64,000 bases of DNA from Balanoglossus misakiensis (Eukaryota; Animalia; Hemichordata). A program made the position numbers and the translations under genes. Under the pieces are notes generated by a model, which was not told the origin of the DNA, did not search any database, and was given only the letters and a program-made list of their open reading frames with translations. The stretch covers positions 12,350,894 to 12,414,893 of the forward strand of contig CM082589.2 of assembly GCA_040954595.2 (NCBI GenBank). Direction: 5' to 3'. Positions 22,701 to 35,095 of the stretch are shown here, in pieces; within the stretch, counting starts at the first letter, position 1, and each line of letters starts with the position of its first letter.

Positions 22701-25700
22701 AACAAGGAATGAAGACATTGCTCACATATTTAAACGAAATGAACATCACAAGTACATGTACAAGTTTTTGACAAGCAGGTAATTGATACTTTCATTTTTG
22801 TTTTGGCAGCCATTGATCAGTTATACCCTATGCCTTGTCAAAATGGTGGCACATGCGTTGCGTGAGACGGCTGTTTCCTGTTTGACTGTATGTGTACTGA
22901 ATGCTTCACTGGTGCCACATGTACAATGCGTAAGTACTAACCAATATTATTTTATTCAATGCAAAACACTTGTTATGTATTATATAATATAAGTACGGTA
23001 CACATATTAAAGCCCTGGTAACTCAAACTTTGGGCTAGCTTAATGTTATCACTATTTTTGTTTTCGGTTGCAACTGTGGTTTCTTGTCACACTCTAAAGG
23101 ATTTCACAGCATTTGGTTTTTCAAAACAGCCCTTTGGTTGTTGTCATGTATACATGTACATGACTGTGGAGTGTAGTTTGTAGATTCTGTAATTTTGACA
23201 ATATCTTGACTGCACATCCCACAGCTGTCAACCAGTGTCAACCCATCCAGTGTCAGAATGGTGGAAACGGTGTGCTGACGCCCAATTGGTGTACTGAATT
23301 CACATGCTCCTGTACAAGCTGTTACTCCGGCGATTTATGTCAGACATGTGAGTGATTTTAAATTTCAGATGAAGAGGAACATAATAACATAACACATAAT
23401 CGGCTTGCAGTTGGTTTCTTCCAACCTGTATCAAACAGTGAATAACGACACAATTTTGGGGAAATTTATTAAGAATGTGTGTGCCATAAAAGGGGATTGT
23501 GTATTTGACCAAACAACAACCTGCACCGTATGGTACACTAAGACACTATTACACCTGTGTCAAAATTTCATTACGTTTCTTTTGTTGAACATGGAAGAAA
23601 TTTGTCACAGTGATGTTCTGTTGACCAACTGAGATTTTTACCACTCAACCCTGACTGCACAAATCTGTTTAAAGTATATGTAGTACATATTAACTGTACA
23701 CAATTTATATCACTTTCTCTTCTGTGCACAGATTTGAATCCGTGTCAGCCCAACCCTTGTCTAAACAGTGGATTCTGCCAGCAAGTGTCCTGCACCGAGT
23801 TCAGATGCCAGAGTTCGCGCTGTTTCATCGGAACCACGTGCGCTGAACGTAAGCAAACCAGTGTCAGATTTGCCGCACAAAGTAGAAATCGCTGGGCTTT
23901 GTCATTGATATTGTCTCAATAAAGTTGCCTGTGATTGTGCAGCTAACCAAGAGACTTATATGCACTACCGTAGCCATGATGTATACTTTCATTGACTCAA
24001 ATGCTCATCAGAGTAGATGTTGCTATTTTTCCAACCGTAAATTGAAACATCAGAAAGTTATGACATCAACTACCCCCACCCCCACCCCACCCCACCCCCA
24101 ACTAGTAAATATTATAAGATGCTGTAATTATGATAAAGATGGTAGCACCAAGCTTGGATCAAGTGGTCTTCATTATCCTTCACACATGAACATGATCACA
24201 CGGATGTGCAATCTTCTGACAGTCTGCTACAGATTTCACTTCCCACTCAAGTGTGTAAGACCCTAATGTGATACTTTTCATTTCTCTCACCCTTAGCGAT
24301 CAACCAGTGTCTTCTAAACCCATGTCTGAATAACGGAGTGTATCAGCCACTTCAAGGCTCCTGCTCAATCTACACCGGCAACTGTCCAACCTGCTACACT
24401 GAGCAAACATGTGTTACATGTAAGTCACAAGTTTTTAGGTCCCATTGGTATGTACCATGGGACCTTATGGGATTGGTTACGTCTGTATGTATGGATGGAT
24501 GGATGGATGGATGTATGTCTGTATGTCCGTCCACATCGAAAACTTGAAAACCGCAGCGCGTATGACCTCGATATTTGGCGTGTAGATGCAGGCAGGGCTG
24601 TAGATGGGAGTTTGTTCAAATGAAGATGTCATTGCCAAAAATATGCAAATTAGCTGGGAAAATGTGAAATTGGTCAAAACTCAAAAACTGGACAACCACT
24701 GGTCATATTGATTTGAAAATTGGTATGCATGTACTTTATATCAACCTCATACAATCCTGTATGTTTTGAGCTAATATTATCGATTTCCTATTTTTTTGCA
24801 TTTTTTTGTATTTTTCCATGTTATTGGTAAAAAGTCTTTGAAATTTAGTATGAAGCCTCCTAATGTTGTCTAAGTAACCATAGTTTTGTTCAAATTGTTG
24901 CAAAATTTGCATATCTATAATTTTGAGCAATATTTGCCATTTTTGGTCAAAAAATGTTTTTCTTTAAAACCTCATGCCAGATTGCTTTCCAATTTGGTAG
25001 GCATGTTCGTAGGGGTAACCTAAATAATATGTTGTAAAAAAAAAGATATTTGCATAAGTGTGTTATCGGGGAAACTTTTGCAATTTTTGTCAAAAATTGT
25101 TTTCTCTGAAACCGCTTGTCCTATTGCATTGAACTTAGGCAGCATGTTCCTTGTAGTGATTGAAGTAAGATATTGTACAATTTTGGTGATATTTGCATAT
25201 TTGTGTTTTTGCCACTTTTGAACAAATATTTTCTGTGAAACTGCTTGTTGGATTGCTTTGAAATTAGTTTTTTCTCTGATTGCTTTGAAATTTAGGATAT
25301 AATTTCATAACACATACCTGTATATGTGCAACTTTTATTCAATTCTGAGATCAGAAAGATTAAATATTTAGCGAGTTTTTTTGGTAAGTTTCTTAGTTTT
25401 TGGTTAGCAAATCTTCTCCTAAACAAATTGTCCAGTTGTTTTTAAAGTTACTATTTACAAGGAGTTGTTACCTCGAACAAAGACATGTTTACATAACTTA
25501 AATAGGCCAGCTGTTACAGAGACCACCAGCTATCAAATTTTAATTACCAGTGGCAGGTCAGTGTGTGTCTGTTCCAGGGCTGACTGAAAGAAGTTGCTTC
25601 GCATATGTGTTTGTTCAGACAATTTTTGGTCATTTTTTTTTATAGCACCACTTGTAAGATTGCCATGACACATGACAGTTTATTGGGCATGTTCCTTGTT

Positions 25701-26474
25701 AATGTTTTTACATTCCATATTTCTATATGGTCAGATCATATCTGCTTGCAAATGTCACCTGTAATTTTTATTCTGGTGTGTCACTGTTTCCGCATAATCC
25801 TCAAATGTCATCAGATCTCCGAATGTGATGAAAACATTGTGTTTTGAGTGTTTTTTAAATGACCTTTTGGGTTAAAAGTGGCAAAAATGGCAATTTTGTC
25901 TTGAAAGGGTTCAATAAGACTGACTTTTTTGGAATCAGCACCATTTTTTACATTGAATGGACTAGTCTGCTCAAACTTTCCTTACCAACAATTCTGTTTA
26001 ATCTTCTGTAACATGTATACTAGTATACATGTAGCTGCCTGATAGTTTGCCCTGCGTGTGTAATTGCTGAGTGACATAACGCATTCTGTGATTGGTGCAG
26101 TCACGTAACCACCAATAAGATCGCTTGTTATAAGGAGAACTGCACGACCTTTAACCGCATTAGCATACCTGATTTTTAGGGCTCGATATTACCTCTGAGG
26201 ACGCAATATTTAAGTTGAAGTTTTTTTTCTTTTATCATATTAGAGCAAGAAGACTTGTTTTTATGTAAAAGAAATAAACCTTAATATACAGAGTGCATTT
26301 TGAAACGATAGGCAGGTCCGGCCCATAGCCTAATTCTTCATTTTTCTGTCATGCGTAGGAATTGATCAGTGCTAACAACCCGTGTCAAAATGGCAGCACT
26401 TGCCAACCCTAACCTCGTGTGGGGCATTGACGTGCACCTGCCAAGGATGCTATACTGGGAGCGCTGTGAAAATT
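19720..26474 (+). pseudogene. Second occurrence of EGF exons E1-E10
   Basis: Exons at 19720-19834, 20650-20772, 21085-21201, 21593-21715, 22290-22412, 22810-22929, 23225-23347, 23732-23848, 24297-24419 and 26359-26474. E5 and E6 carry the same stops. Confidence 0.85.
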
Positions 26475-26964
26475 GTCAGTCAGTTTCCTTTGTCAAATTA
26501 ATCAATATGTGTGGGACTGCTATACATGTATATAAAACAGAATACTGCGATGGAAAATTCTATAACTTAATGTTTCACTGGATATATGACTTAAAGTTAG
26601 CAGGATGCAGTGAATTCAACAGAAAGTGTAATTTCCTCTTGTGTGAGCTCTGTGCGACTGTGCCAATGAAAATCTCACCACAAACAAAAATGACAGGTAT
26701 ACACTGTATATTAGCAGCTTTGTCTCTGTAATAGCCATAGTGTTTTGAAGTTGAAAACTTGCAAAGTGTGCAGTTTTATTCACACTACAAAGGAAACATT
26801 GTTGAAACGGATTATCTGTGTACATTGTCAAACTGTACACTTGTCGCGAGATTTATTCTCAATTATATTATATCATGCTACCGTCCGCAATTCTGATTGG
26901 ACGAGAGCTAAATCCAGCGATGCTAAAATACTCAATAATGCACTGCTGGCAGTGGTAAAACGGG

Positions 26965-28161
26965 CTTTCTGTTTGCCACATGGGTTTGTTCTTTAGGTTG
27001 TTGTATGTGTTTACACTCATCATGTTTATTGTAGAACCAGGGTCGATCAGTGAGGCAACTGCTGTTTGTTCTATCTTCACTGTTACTTGAGGCCTCCTGC
27101 CATTTGATTGTTGTACAGTGAAGCAGTATTCATCTCCCGAGCTGTCTTCCACTTTATGCACAGCTTTGACAGTTTCATCCTTGTCTACCCTATTTGCCTT
27201 GCCTTTTGATCGGTAGCATTTGGCAAAATAGTTAGGTTTGCCACACTTCCTGCATGACTTGCCTTTAGCTGGACATACTGAGTCATGTGGATAGGTGCCA
27301 CCACAATAATAACAAGTGGACGGTCCTTTCGCTGGCTGCTGATGAGCTCTCTTTTGTTTATTTGGTTTAGGGCGTTGGTGGCGCTGTTTTCTGACCGCAT
27401 TCACAGATGCCGTATCTGCACCATAATTTTGGGTTTTCTCCTCAATCCCACTAGCCTGAACCTCTGATACCTCAAATGAACAGGCTGTACTCAGTAGATT
27501 ATCTAGTGTCGTCTCCTCCCGAAGAGCACGACGTCTGAGACGGGCTGATGTGAATCCTCGTATTATTTGTGATTTGACCTCTTGATCCTTATTGGTGAAG
27601 TCACATATGTTTCTGCTAGGCGTTGCAAACAACTGTGATAGGCATCAATCGATTCGCCGTTGTTTTGTATGGTGTCTCTGAAGATAAATCGTTCGTATTC
27701 AATGTTCCGTTTGGGTGAGAAGTATGACCAAAGCTTTAATTTGGCTGTTTCACAGCTAGTTCCTGTATCTGGTAGAGTATCAAAGAAGTCGGAAACTTCC
27801 TCACCTGCCCAGTGCAATAGCAGTGCACGTTGTCGCTTGTCATCTGTAATGTTGAATGCGACAAATGCGTTTTCTACTCTAGCCATGTACTTTTTCCATC
27901 TCGTACTGGTGGTTGTCGGGTCTGAATGAACAGGAAAACTCGGCATTGACGGCTAGCTGATTCTCCATGTTCTCCGTCCTCGTCGCCAAATATAGAATCG
28001 TGGGTGGGCAATAATGACAACACGAGACACCAAGTCCGGCATGTAAGAGTGAGAGTGCCTAGCCTCGTTCACGCACTTTATTCATAATGACCCGAATGTT
28101 GCATTACGTCATTTTACAGAATGTATAAAGTATAGATGCTCACTAGTGTTTGGACACTACA
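26965..28161 (-). mobile_element. Gypsy-type (Mag-like) LTR retrotransposon remnant: 5' LTR, PBS, gag, protease start
   Basis: gag N-terminus MPSFPVHSDPTTTSTRWKKY…LLLHWAGEE…YFSPKRNIEYERFIF, two CCHC-type knuckles and LIDPGSTIN. PBS TGGCGACGAGGA at 27977-27988 (minus). LTR 27991-28161. Confidence 0.9.
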
Positions 28162-28346
28162 ATATACATGTGACTGCAGTGTCTTTCCAATCATGAATTT
28201 GCAAGGTGTCCTTCGGAGAAAATCTTCTGATTTTTTTTTTCTGATTTGCTTTGCATATTTAACTTAATGATCTCATTTGTTGGAATTCCCTGTCTCAAAT
28301 TTTTGATGATCAGTCTCTGCCCCATTGCTCATCGTCCCAACTTTCT

Positions 28347-29480
28347 GATGATATATGGATGATAGATGGGATCAAATCTTTGGTCGTGTATTTGCTACAA
28401 ATGGTAGGTATTGGTTCGTGATTGAGTCTTTGTGTTGTATATTTGGGGTGGCAGTGGTATGAGTTTGGATTTATGCCAATCTTTAAGATGGGTCCCTAGG
28501 ATCTTTTTGCTCGTTGCTATGGGCCTTTATAGGACACTACACTCAATTTTGATCGAAACCGTTATGAACGTCCGACAAGGGGCTTGTAACTAGTTAAAAA
28601 TACACACGATTGTGTGCACACCCCCTGTCCGAGTATGGTTACGGCAGCTACCGCCCGGCCATAGGCCGCCACGCTAATACGGCAAAGCAGCGGTCAGCGA
28701 TAGCGTGCGCGTCCTGTAACCACAGTAACTGGATCGAACGCTAAAAATCCAATGTTTTGTACACAGAGATTTTGTACCATTCACGAAAATCCCTAAGGCT
28801 TTTTTCATAGGCGACGTAGGCCAGCCAAATTTGACCTGCTTGTTGAGAACGCACTTCCGCATTGTGTGACGGATCGTTTTTTCGGTTTTCGTCGTGCTAA
28901 GAAGCGATACCGGTGGAAGAGTGCGTCCAAAAACACCCAAAATCGATGACTTTTTCAGGTGTGGTACGGGTATGCTGAAATCGTAGGATACAACGATAAT
29001 ATTCGAAAACAAAATCCGTCACGATCTTCCCTGGTTCAAGCAACTAATGAATACGTATCAAGTTCGTTTTTGAGGTCACGGAATAAAAAGCCTTAGGCTT
29101 TTGAAATTTGACCTAGCTAATTTGCATATCAATGGCGTCAGGGGGCGCGCGCTCACAATCGTGCAGATTTTCAACTAGTTACCAGCCCCTTGTTAGACTC
29201 TGAAAACGGCTTAGTCCAAATTGGGGTGTAATGTCCTATAAAGGCCCATAGCAACGGGCAAAAAGATCCTAGGGACCCATCTTAAGTTAAGTGTTACTTG
29301 GGTTGCCGTTGAGCATTGATGGCTTGATAAGTGGGGCTAGGGTCAATTTTGATTGGGTTTGGATTGTTTGGGCTATGATAGGTTGGGTTATGGCTAGGAT
29401 TTGTGGTGGGTATAAGGTGTGGTGTAAGAGATGGAGGCATTATGGGGTCTGGTGAGGTTTTTGTGAAGGAGGCCATGGTG
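28347..29480 (-). repeat. Inverted fragment (~340 bp) of the distal C-rich 570-bp repeat, split by a MITE
   Basis: 28347-28486 and 29282-29480 are the reverse complement of the monomer at ~52720-53055 (e.g. gatgatatatggatgatagatgggatcaaatctttggtcgtg). Confidence 0.85.
28487..29281. mobile_element. TTAA-targeting (Kolobok-like) MITE with long TIRs
   Basis: TTAA|gatgggtccctaggatctttttgc…gcaaaaagatcctagggacccatc|TTAA. The imperfect TIR extends about 100 bp. Confidence 0.85.
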
Positions 29481-31490
29481 GCTGCAGAATTCAGGGCATG
29501 CTGTAGCGGTTGAATGCATGATGATGGTAAACCACAGAGTATTGCATTGCAGTAGTCCAGTTTTGATGTGATTAGAGCATGAACCAGCATCTGGCAAACT
29601 TCCTTAGTGAGGTAACGGCGAATGTGGCTGATTTGACGCAGATGGAAGAAAATTGACTTGCAAATTGCATTAATGTGCTTATTGAAAGTGTAATTGTCGT
29701 CGAATGTCACACCTATATTCCGTGCAGAATTCACAATTTGAACACAACATGATCCAATGCTCATGTGGTTTATGGGACGAGGCGAGCGGTTGAACTGAGA
29801 CCTTATCAGGAGTACCTCGGGTTTGCCACCATTTAGTTGAAGTTTATTATGTGTCATCCAGGTTTTTATTTCGTGAACTGCCCTTTCCATCTTGTCTAAT
29901 GTACTTATGGTGTCTAACTGGAAGAAATATTGGTATAGTTGGTTGTCATCGGCATATTGGTGAAAATTGATGTTGTGGTGACAAATAAGTTGAGCAAGTG
30001 GTTGGATGTAGCTGCAGAACAAAAGTGGGCCAAGCACTGAACCGTGTGGTACTCCATATTGTAGATATTGAGGTTCTGACATTGTGCCATACAAACTGCT
30101 GTCTGTTCTTAAGATATGATGAGAACCATTGTAGTGGGATGTTGGTGATGCCCAGTTTTGATAATCTTGAGATGATTGTGTCGTGATCTATGGTATCAAA
30201 CACAGAGGAGAGATCGAGGAGAACCATGAGTACACATTTACCGGCATCCAGTGCCATAGAAATATCGTTGTTGACTTTAGTAAGTGCTGTTTCGGTACTG
30301 TGATCCTTTCGGTACGCTGACTGCAGTGGTTCTTGTAGTGAGTTGGTAGTCAAATATGATGTCAGTTGTTGTGCTACAATCTTCCCGATTACTTTTGACA
30401 GGAAGGTTAGGTTTGAAACTGGTCTATAGTTCTTGAAAATGTTTTTGTCGAGCGAAGGTTTCTTGAGTATATTGGTGTGATGACTGCTATTTTAAGTTAT
30501 TCAGGAACAGTTCCAGTTTTGAGTGACAAATTGATAATTGTGGCTATGACAGTGAGCAGATTACCAAGACATTGCTTATCAAGTGCTGTAGGGATGAGAT
30601 CAAGTATACGTGTTTTAGATGGAGACTGACGTGTTGGTTATAAGCTGATATGGCTGAGGAGAGGTCATTTGGAGGCTAGGACATTTGATGTATTTTGTCG
30701 AGATCATGGCTGAAACTATCAATTGAAATGGCAGGTACGACGATAAGATATTTGACGTCTACTGTGTGTTGGTTTCGGAAGAGCAAGTTTTGCATTTACA
30801 GGATTGTGATCAGAGAGTTCCAAGCAGTCTACAGAGACACTCTTGATGTTAGACGCAGAGTTAGATAAGATGAGATCAAGAGTATGACCCTTTCTGTGTG
30901 TTGGTTGTTGGACCCATTGTTTCAGATTACAGGCGCTGATGATTCCATTGAATTTCTGTGTTACTGGATTCTTATCATCTTCTAGGTGAATATTGAAATC
31001 TCCTATGATGAAGAGATTACTTGAGCAGGTGACATACTTCTCAAGTGTTGTACTGAACTCTTCCATGAACTGTGGTGCGGTGAATTTATTATTAACTGAT
31101 GGTGGTGGACGGTAGACAAGAATTATTTTCATGGAAAGTTTCTGGTGAAGAATAGTTGCTTCCGCTGCCTCAAAAGATTTAACAGAGAGAATAGGCTTCC
31201 AAGCTGTTTATTTTAGTGCTAGCTTATGAATTTAAGCTAAGCCTCCACCGATCTTGCAAACCCCAGGTAGATGTTTGACAGCATAGCCTGGTGGTGTACA
31301 TTCAGCCATTACGTGTTCGTCACCAGATTCCTTCAACCATGTTTCAGTGAGTACAAGAATATCAATCTCTTTATCTGTGATGTAGTCTGCAATGTCTAAT
31401 GATTTGCATCTAGCTGAGCGGACATTCCATGTAGAGAGTAGAAGTTCACACGTATTGTGGAAAGGGTGGATCTTGAATACTGCATAGTCA
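29478..31490 (-). mobile_element. L2/Crack-like LINE ORF2 (APE endonuclease plus RT), frameshifted, 3' end missing
   Basis: APE motifs TWNVRS, LTETWL, VYRPP, GDFNIH, PTH..GHTLDL, SDH. RT motifs [45 protein letters not shown]. Confidence 0.92.
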
Positions 31491-32456
31491 CTCTTCAATA
31501 GATATTTAGTGACTCGCTAACTGTTGCGATTCGTGTGTGTGTAATTTACGTACTTCAAGTTAAATATCGCAACTAGCCGTAATGTTTGACTAGGGGGAGC
31601 ACCTATACTAATGCTAGTACCAGGGATTGAAAGTTGCACCTGTATTTTGATCCCTTAGTTACCCTTATAAGTACATTTGTAGTTTAATAACCATAGTTCT
31701 ATTGCAAACCATTCTTTCCGTAGTTTCTTGTTTCAAATATTGTAATCTGAATTTATTTTGATGTTTAACAGGTGTGATTATCTGTATTTGCGGCCATTTT
31801 GAAAAACAATTGGTTGCCATGGAAACTCTTCAACAGATATTTAGTGACTCGCTATCTGAATTTGTTCAGTACACATTAACACACATCTGAGCCAAGTTTG
31901 GTGCTTATATCACAAAATACACAATCGATATGAAAATTTGGGTTTTGGTGCTCCACTACCTAAGTAACATTAAGGATGTACGTTCAATAAAATGGAAAGT
32001 ATTGTCATTTTTTTTAATTGTGGATTTTTTTATTCTCTTTTGTATGTATAATGAAAATCCGTAATAAAATATAGGGGTCACCGCGCTTGTTTTTGAAATA
32101 CAGAGCCATGAAATTGGTCGATAATAGAAGAAATCTGCTGACTCAGCATTTTTCACCAATGGTTTGTTTGTCTATGGCCAAAATTCTTAATGCAATTTAT
32201 CTCAAAAAAGAGCGCGGTGACCCCTATATTTTATTTGACCAATGAATTTATATTTGCTGGACTGAGCTATGTGTAAAATTTCGAGAAAATGACAATAGTA
32301 GAAGTTTGTTTTCTGGCGATTATCAATGTAATCCTATGGGAAAAAGACCGGACACGCAGTGTTTCCGGTTTATGTTCTGCACGTACATCCTTGATGAAGT
32401 TTGCTGGCTAGAGGGCTCCTAAACCTCCTTAATATTTGACGTCTTCACTCCTACAG

Positions 32457-35095
32457 GACTGCGCAGCTGGAAGTTAAAGTTCAGCATGTTCTGAAGCATG
32501 CACGCTGTGTCCAGGGGTTTCATGTGTGGAACAGCCAGCCTCTCATCACCAACACAATGCGGACTGGGATATTTTGCCAACAATGGAAGTATAGACTGTA
32601 CGCCTTGTCCTGCCCCGGGTATAAGTGCCAATATGATGGTATGTCAGAGCCAGAGGTGTGTGAAGATGGATACTACACTAATATAGATGGTGAGTCAGCA
32701 CTTAAAGTTTGGGCATTACTGTGTAATCTTTCACTTAAAGGCACGTAAGCTGTAACTTTTGGGATAATTTTCATAATTTTTGTTTAAAACTGCACTACCA
32801 TTAGTCCATGCAGATGAAGGCAGTGAACTATACACAAGCATTATAAACCCTAAATATGAGTGCATATGCAAGTTTTAACCAGATAAATAATAAAGCTTTG
32901 CCGCAAGCGATTATGGCCGCCACCGTGGGAAAATGCAAGAAACAATGAAAATGTTGCATTTCCGGTTGTGAAACATCATAAACAAAACATGATCTCATCC
33001 ACTTGAGCTCATGGAAGTAAATGTACACCACTGAGACATCAGATTTCCATTTTTCATTGCAATATTCCACTTTTTTTAAAATTGCAGGAATTTTCGTTTT
33101 TTCTTTAATTTTTGGCCATTGTGTCATAAATAAGTGTTGAGCTTGATATATTGTCATGAAATATCATTTAATAGACATAATTAAAAGCATATATGAGATT
33201 ATTTAAAACTTTAATTTTTTTATCCAGTTGCAGCTTACGTGCCTTTAAGGCGGACGATCATCTTATGTGCATGTACGTAATTCTGTGCGTACAAACATTA
33301 CGTCCAGTCCAAATATTCTGCCAATTTTACATCCAATGCATTCAAATAGTGGACTGCTTCGCATTCATCCAGTTTTCATGTGCATCGTATAAGTAGACTT
33401 TTGTTTTGTCCCGTCTTTTCACCAAATTTGCTCTTTTCCAAATCTCCGACACAGACTATGATCGTCACGATCTTGTCTGTTGTTAGAACAGCACACTGCC
33501 GTATGGCATTGACTGTACACAGTTTCTGTTACCAATATCTCTGGATTGGCATTTTCCTGTCCTCAATCTTTTGCCAGGGATTTTTGTCTCCCCAACCCGC
33601 GTGAGAATCCCACGTCTTTGAAGGTATGACTGTGACTATAAGATTCTATAAATCTCTGTTTATTTTCAGCACAAACATCATGTGCTGATTGCCCAGCTGG
33701 TAACCAATGTCCAAATGGTAACACTGTGATTTTATGCTCGGCTGGTTATTACAGTTTGGCCTTGGACAAAGGATGTCTCGCTGTACCTCTTGCATAACAG
33801 GTAAACTTCTACCCACCCACCTTTATTTCCAACATCAAACATTAGGTCAGGTAATTTACTAACTGAAAAATAGGATGGGATCATTTTCTATTTCTGTATT
33901 TAAAATTTACTGATATAATATATGAATGAAAAAATGACAATTTTTCCAAATTTGAATAGACCTCTATTTATGAAAATAATTAAAATTTGCACCAAATTTT
34001 TACAGTGGTATTAAAAGGTTAACTCGGTGAGTAAATTCTCTGTTTGATTTACAGATCAGCTGGTGCTGAACATTGTACTATTTGTGAGCAAGGCCTGCAT
34101 AGATCCCAGTGCATCGCAATTCAAGTGTACCAAGGGTTACGTGTCATTGGCTGGTGCAACAAACTGTACCAGATGTACAAATGGTAAGATTGTGGTACTT
34201 GTTCAGTTTGCTGTGTGATGAAACTGAGGGGTATGTGTGTATGCATGTATGTGTTTACAACAGATTTTCAAGTCAGTGCGACTGGGGGTATGTGTGTGTG
34301 TGTGTATGTATGTATGTGTTTACAACAGATTATCAACTCAGTGCGAGATCTTGCGAGACCCGGTTAGCCATGTGAGATCTCGCAGAGTCTTATGATATTC
34401 AGAAAATGGTTGATTAGAAATGACGTTTAATGTCCTCCAAAGAATTTTCTACATGCCTGTATACTTGTCTCAGAATTATGAAGTGAATCATCTCAAGTAA
34501 TTTGTTATTTTAAATGACACTGTATCACAAATACATCACTAAAAACCTCATTTTCTTCAATCAGATGAAAAAAGTGAGGAGCCTGCACGCACATCCTGTC
34601 TTCTGTGCCCTGCTGGACAATCGTGTTCAGATCCAATGTAAGATCCGCTCGACTGTGGCAATGGTGAATATGCTATGGAAGGCGACGGCACATGCACGCC
34701 TTGTCCTGCGGGATCCAAGTGTCCAACCATGTCACCCGTAGTGGATTGTTCAACAGTTACTGGTAAGTTGGGCTGCAAATCACTCTTGTGACTTCCCTGT
34801 GTTATAGCATGGCATACATAGAAAATTAAACTGTTATGCTTATTGGAGATGATATTGTGATGCTCTTTGAAAAACACAATGATTCCACTGAAGAGGTATT
34901 GTACAGTTAAACCTGTGATTACGGACATCTCTCTAATAAGGGATCGTTGGACCAAACCATGGTGGTAAAAATCGTTCTTTGAATTTTTTCTGTGATAGGT
35001 TCATACTCGCTAGGTTCGGCCACGTCCTTCTGGTTATGAATGCACAACTACAAGTGTCACACAGTGCGCTACAGGGCAGTAAAGTGCTGAAGGAG
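32457..35095 (+). pseudogene. U3 copy of the five GCC2/GCC3-type Cys-rich exons
   Basis: Exons at 32457-32689, 33670-33800, 34055-34183, 34565-34762 and 34999-35095, with the same TAA stops. Confidence 0.75.
32739..33244. mobile_element. TTAA-targeting (Kolobok-like) MITE (U3 only)
   Basis: TTAA|aggcacgtaagctgtaact…agttgcagcttacgtgcct|TTAA. Absent at ~14477 in U2. Confidence 0.85.

Larger units (their letters stand above)
3600..23215 (+). repeat. Segmental duplication unit U2 (~19.6 kb, head-to-tail)
   Basis: Colinear with 23216-41622 apart from TE insertions and deletions. The boundary is placed where the last copy stops matching (…cttgactgcac| at 3599, 23215 and 41622). Confidence 0.9.

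Noticed and set aside
29294-30094. 266-aa ORF as a novel RT-fusion protein with a Pro-rich tail
   Set aside because: It is accidental read-through from a broken LINE RT into the inverted satellite patch, and upstream ORF2 is frameshifted.
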